Below are positions 61,305-64,000 of a stretch of 64,000 nt of DNA, in pieces. The notes under the pieces are model-generated. The model searched no databases and was not told where the DNA came from. It was given only the letters and a program-made list of their open reading frames with translations. The DNA is from a virus (Duplodnaviria > Heunggongvirae > Uroviricota > Caudoviricetes). The translations under genes were made by a program, and so were the position numbers. Position 1 is the stretch's first letter. Each line of letters starts with the position of its first letter. The stretch is from the IMG/VR virus record IMGVR_UViG_3300033153_011579; one strand, given 5' to 3'.

Positions 61305-61946
61305 ATGCCCAAGAGTCCAGGACCAGCGACGTTGTTCATGCTGCTGACGGGTGGAGCTTTGCTCCTGGCCGGCGCGGTCCGCGCATTCTCCGGTGAGCAA
61401 AAAAGCCCACTAGTGGGCCCGAGGTATGTGGTGGCGGTGGGCGACTCTCTGACGGCGAACGGGTCGTATTGTCGGACGCTCGAGCGGATGCTTCCTGTCG
61501 GGTCGAGGGTGGACTGCGTCGGGTACGTTGGCGAGGGGGCGCAGGCGATCTCCACGAAGGTAGGGAAGGCGATCCTCGCCGGAGCAGACGACGTGATCGT
61601 GTTGGCCGGCGTGAACGACCTGGCGTCGGGTCGCGGGGTGCAGGGGACGGTCTCCGGGCTCGACAAGATTTACCAGAAGGGGAGGGCATCGGGCGCGCGG
61701 GTGATCGCAGTCCACCTGACTCCGTGGGCGGGGCATTCGAAAGGGTCGCAGCTACAGACCGAGACGTGGAAGGTGAACGCGTGGATGGCGAAATACCCAT
61801 CGGTCGAGATGGTGGTCGAGACGCAGGAGCTCGGTGATGCCGGCGTCCTCTACCCGGAGTACGGAGCTGGCGACGGGTTACATCTGAGCGAGGCGGGCCA
61901 GGACAAGCTGGCGGAGATCATCTTTAGCCAGGTGTACGGAGGATAG
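61305..61946 (+). CDS. SGNH/GDSL-family hydrolase with N-terminal signal/TM
   Basis: Blocks VAVGDSLT, GVNDL, DGLHLSEAG. Confidence 0.6.
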   Translation: MPKSPGPATLFMLLTGGALLLAGAVRAFSGEQKSPLVGPRYVVAVGDSLTANGSYCRTLERMLPVGSRVDCVGYVGEGAQAISTKVGKAILAGADDVIVLAGVNDLASGRGVQGTVSGLDKIYQKGRASGARVIAVHLTPWAGHSKGSQLQTETWKVNAWMAKYPSVEMVVETQELGDAGVLYPEYGAGDGLHLSEAGQDKLAEIIFSQVYGG

Positions 61947-61948
61947 GG

Positions 61949-62260
61949 ATGAAGAAGGGCACGAAGAAGGTTCTCATCGGCGGCGCGATCCTCGGCGGCC
62001 TCGTGCTGGCGGCGTTGTTCATCCGAGATCGGTTGCTCACGGCCGGGCCGGGGAAGTCATTTAAGGAAGAGCTCAAGCTGGCCTGGATCAAGGGATACAA
62101 CAAGGGTTGGAAGGAATACGGCAAGGGGGTGGAAAGCTACCCTCCTTACGATTACGGCGAGGATGATTTGCACACCGCGTGGTCGCTTGGTTACAGTCTC
62201 GGTCGTATGGACAAGGGAACAGATAAGGATCACAGTTATAAGAAAAACCCGTATGCGTGA
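61949..62260 (+). CDS. N-terminally anchored membrane protein (103 aa)
   Basis: MKKGTKKVLIGGAILGGLVLAALFI. Confidence 0.5.
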   Translation: MKKGTKKVLIGGAILGGLVLAALFIRDRLLTAGPGKSFKEELKLAWIKGYNKGWKEYGKGVESYPPYDYGEDDLHTAWSLGYSLGRMDKGTDKDHSYKKNPYA

Positions 62261-62302
62261 CAGAAAAAGCTCTTAAATTACAGGGGCAGCACTTTGCTGC
62301 TC

Positions 62303-62347
62303 TTGACAAGACAAAGGATCGTCTAATAAGCTCGCCCTCAGGGCGAG
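62303..62347 (+). promoter_or_regulatory. Candidate sigma70-like promoter (TTGACA-15-TAATAA) followed by a GC hairpin CTCGCCC-TCA-GGGCGAG
   Basis: Perfect -35 at 62303-62308, TAATAA at 62324-62329, hairpin 62331-62347 followed by TTCTAG; lies between the 62260 stop and the 62381 start. Confidence 0.35.
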
Positions 62348-62380
62348 TTCTAGAGTGGGATAGCTCACAAGGAGGAGACG

Positions 62381-62725
62381 GTGTTCAACCCAGGTGTTTA
62401 CGGAAGTTCTTCGGTACCCGGTCTCGGCGTTCTCGGGATGTCTGGGTTCGACTACGAAAAGTTGATCGGCGAGGGCAAGAAGGCGCTCGACAACATCAAC
62501 AAGGGGAACGTGAAGATTCCGACCGAGAAAGAGCTCCAGGAGATGGTGTCGAAGCCGACGAAAGACCTCGCCGAGGAGATCGGCGGCCAGCTGGCGAAGG
62601 AGCATGGCACGGCGACGGGAAAAGCCGCCGCCGGCGAGCTCTGGACCAAGGCGAAACCGTTTGCGATCGGGGCACTTGTTCTCGTCGGCGGCATCCTGGT
62701 CGTGATGGCCGCGAGGAAAAAGTAG
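62381..62725 (+). CDS. Protein with C-terminal TM (114 aa)
   Basis: SD AAGGAGGAGACG; …AIGALVLVGGILVVMAARKK. Confidence 0.5.
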   Translation: MFNPGVYGSSSVPGLGVLGMSGFDYEKLIGEGKKALDNINKGNVKIPTEKELQEMVSKPTKDLAEEIGGQLAKEHGTATGKAAAGELWTKAKPFAIGALVLVGGILVVMAARKK

Positions 62726-62726
62726 C

Positions 62727-62999
62727 ATGGCCCGCAAGCCCAAATACGGTCTACGGAAATCGCTCGAGTCGAAGCGCAGCACGTACGACCACGAGTTTCG
62801 AGCTCGGCAGTCGTGCGAGAATCCATGCCGCACGTATTTCAACAAGCTCGAGGCGGCGGTCGACCGCGGGAACACCAAAGTGGCCGAGTTTCACGCGAGC
62901 CGGTACTGGAGCTGCGTGTGGAGTTGCATGGATACGAGAGTCCCCAAGAAACTGAAGCGAACGCGTATCGCCGCGAAGATCAAGAAGCGGAGGAGATAG
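62727..62999 (+). CDS. Basic Cys-containing protein (90 aa)
   Basis: ORF. Confidence 0.5.
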   Translation: MARKPKYGLRKSLESKRSTYDHEFRARQSCENPCRTYFNKLEAAVDRGNTKVAEFHASRYWSCVWSCMDTRVPKKLKRTRIAAKIKKRRR

Positions 63000-63446
63000 A
63001 TGGGCTACACGCACTACTGGGAGATCAAACAAAATCTCACAGCCTCGGAGTGGATGAAGATCCAGCAGAAGGCGCGCGCGTTGATCAAAAAAGCGCGAGC
63101 CAAGGGGATCTGTGTGGCCGGTGGCGCGGGGGAAGGTTCTCCTGAGGTGAGCTCCAAGGAGATCTGGCTCAACGGCTGCGCGAAGAAGAAGTGGAAGCAC
63201 AAGTACGCGTACCCGGGAGCTGACCAGGCCCACGAGACGTTCAGCTTCAAGCCGAAAAAGCGGGAGTTCGATTTCTGCAAGACGGCGGAAAAACCCTACG
63301 ATGCGCTCGTGGTGTCCATCCTGAACGAGGCGAGGAAGATCGCCCCAAAGAAGATCCGAGTCAGCTCCGACGGTGGCGACGAGGCTATCAAAACCGTGCT
63401 CAAGGGACTCGGACTTCTACCGGCCAAGAAGCGGAGGAGAAGGTAA
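63000..63446 (+). CDS. Basic protein (148 aa)
   Basis: ORF; KR-rich C-terminus. Confidence 0.5.
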   Translation: MGYTHYWEIKQNLTASEWMKIQQKARALIKKARAKGICVAGGAGEGSPEVSSKEIWLNGCAKKKWKHKYAYPGADQAHETFSFKPKKREFDFCKTAEKPYDALVVSILNEARKIAPKKIRVSSDGGDEAIKTVLKGLGLLPAKKRRRR

Positions 63447-63802
63447 TGAAGAAGGGTACCAAGAAGACACTCGGAGCCGGCCTCCTGCTCACCTCGGTCA
63501 TCCTGGGCGTCGTCCTCTACAAGAGGTCGAAGCAGCCGAGCACGTCTGGTCTCGCGGCGCTCTCGCCGAACCAGGCGAAGCAAGCGCGGCTCGTCCGCCA
63601 GTTCGCAAAGCGGATGGGACGCGACCTGACGCCGAAGCCGGTGGTCGTCGAGAAAGTTCTGCCAAACGGCATGACGCAGTCGTTCGCCAGAAAATACGTC
63701 GGCTGGTTGAACGACCGGAGCGCGCAACGCGGGACGAAGTATACCCACAAACACATCAGCCCGAGCAGCCTGGCGCTGCCCGTCGACCAGGCAGTGAGGT
63801 AA
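63446..63802 (+). CDS. N-terminally anchored membrane protein (118 aa)
   Basis: MKKGTKKTLGAGLLLTSVILGVVLY; same MKKGTKK leader as the 61949 gene. Confidence 0.5.
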   Translation: MKKGTKKTLGAGLLLTSVILGVVLYKRSKQPSTSGLAALSPNQAKQARLVRQFAKRMGRDLTPKPVVVEKVLPNGMTQSFARKYVGWLNDRSAQRGTKYTHKHISPSSLALPVDQAVR

Positions 63803-63806
63803 ACAG

Positions 63807-64000
63807 ATGCTCAACTTTTCACTCGGCGCAGGGTTCTCTCCTCGAGGTGCGGTAGCGGTGATCGACAAGTGGATCCAGGGAGTCGGAGTTCAGGCGAACG
63901 CGCGGATCGACGGGACGCCGGTACCGCACATCCTCATCCGGAGGCTGTCGCATCGGTTCGGTGCCGGCGCGTTCCGGATCCACCAGGGCCACCTCTGGGT
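63807..64000 (+). CDS. Hypothetical protein, truncated by the window end
   Basis: SD GTGAGGTAAACAG-ATG; open to the window end. Confidence 0.4.
   Translation, partial: MLNFSLGAGFSPRGAVAVIDKWIQGVGVQANARIDGTPVPHILIRRLSHRFGAGAFRIHQGHLW

Larger units (their letters stand above)
48052..61417. repeat. Dispersed palindrome (G)CCCACTAGTGGG(C) / GGCCACTAGTGGCC
   Basis: Perfect 14-mers at 48052-48065, 61006-61019 and 61404-61417. Imperfect copies at 59706-59717 (CCCACTGGTGGG) and 61033-61044. Confidence 0.8.

Overview
This 64 kb window is a high-GC virus/phage-like region of about 135 tightly packed genes with no rRNA or CRISPR. It splits into three blocks, described left to right.

Block 1 (1-16.5 kb, + strand):
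- It opens with a tyrosine recombinase (82-969).
- About 45 very small ORFs follow. Many are Zn-ribbon, Cys-rich or single-TM peptides.
- Nearly every ORF is preceded by the same ~38-bp junction cassette: TAA stop, a 7-bp inverted repeat AGAGAAT-N4-6-ATTCTCT, then TGACACGGAGGAG, 3-5 nt and ATG.
- A second hairpin family, GGGAA-TGACACG-TTCCC, is interspersed at 11.7-13.7 kb.
- The array ends with a degenerate integrase-like ORF (15528-16487).

Block 2 (17.2-36.2 kb, - strand):
- Replication and regulation: a replication-initiator-like gene carrying eight internal GTTAC iterons at ~10.3-bp phase, RHH and wHTH regulators, and a CheY-like response regulator.
- Nucleotide metabolism: a short (369 aa) adenylosuccinate-synthetase homologue that may be a PurZ-type enzyme, with an adjacent vWA protein.
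- Enzymes and redox: a radical-SAM-like DUF5131 protein, an ASCH protein and a CGSC thioredoxin.
- Cell wall and membrane: SLT and SleB-like cell-wall hydrolases, and an SPFH lipoprotein with an OB-fold/NfeD-like partner.
- A third conserved start-site motif precedes four of these genes.

Block 3 (36.5-64 kb, + strand) follows a divergent AT-rich control region at 36.15-36.47 kb:
- It encodes a GroES-like co-chaperonin, a transglutaminase-like protein and a 681-aa Met-rich acidic protein.
- Two ~40-aa poly-basic peptides and many small membrane-anchored proteins are present.
- Five tandem ConA/LamG-like paralogues, a PG-binding hydrolase and an SGNH esterase complete the block.
- No terminase, portal, tape-measure protein or Walker-A ATPase is recognisable.

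Most functional calls rest on motif-level reading only and need HMM or structure confirmation.
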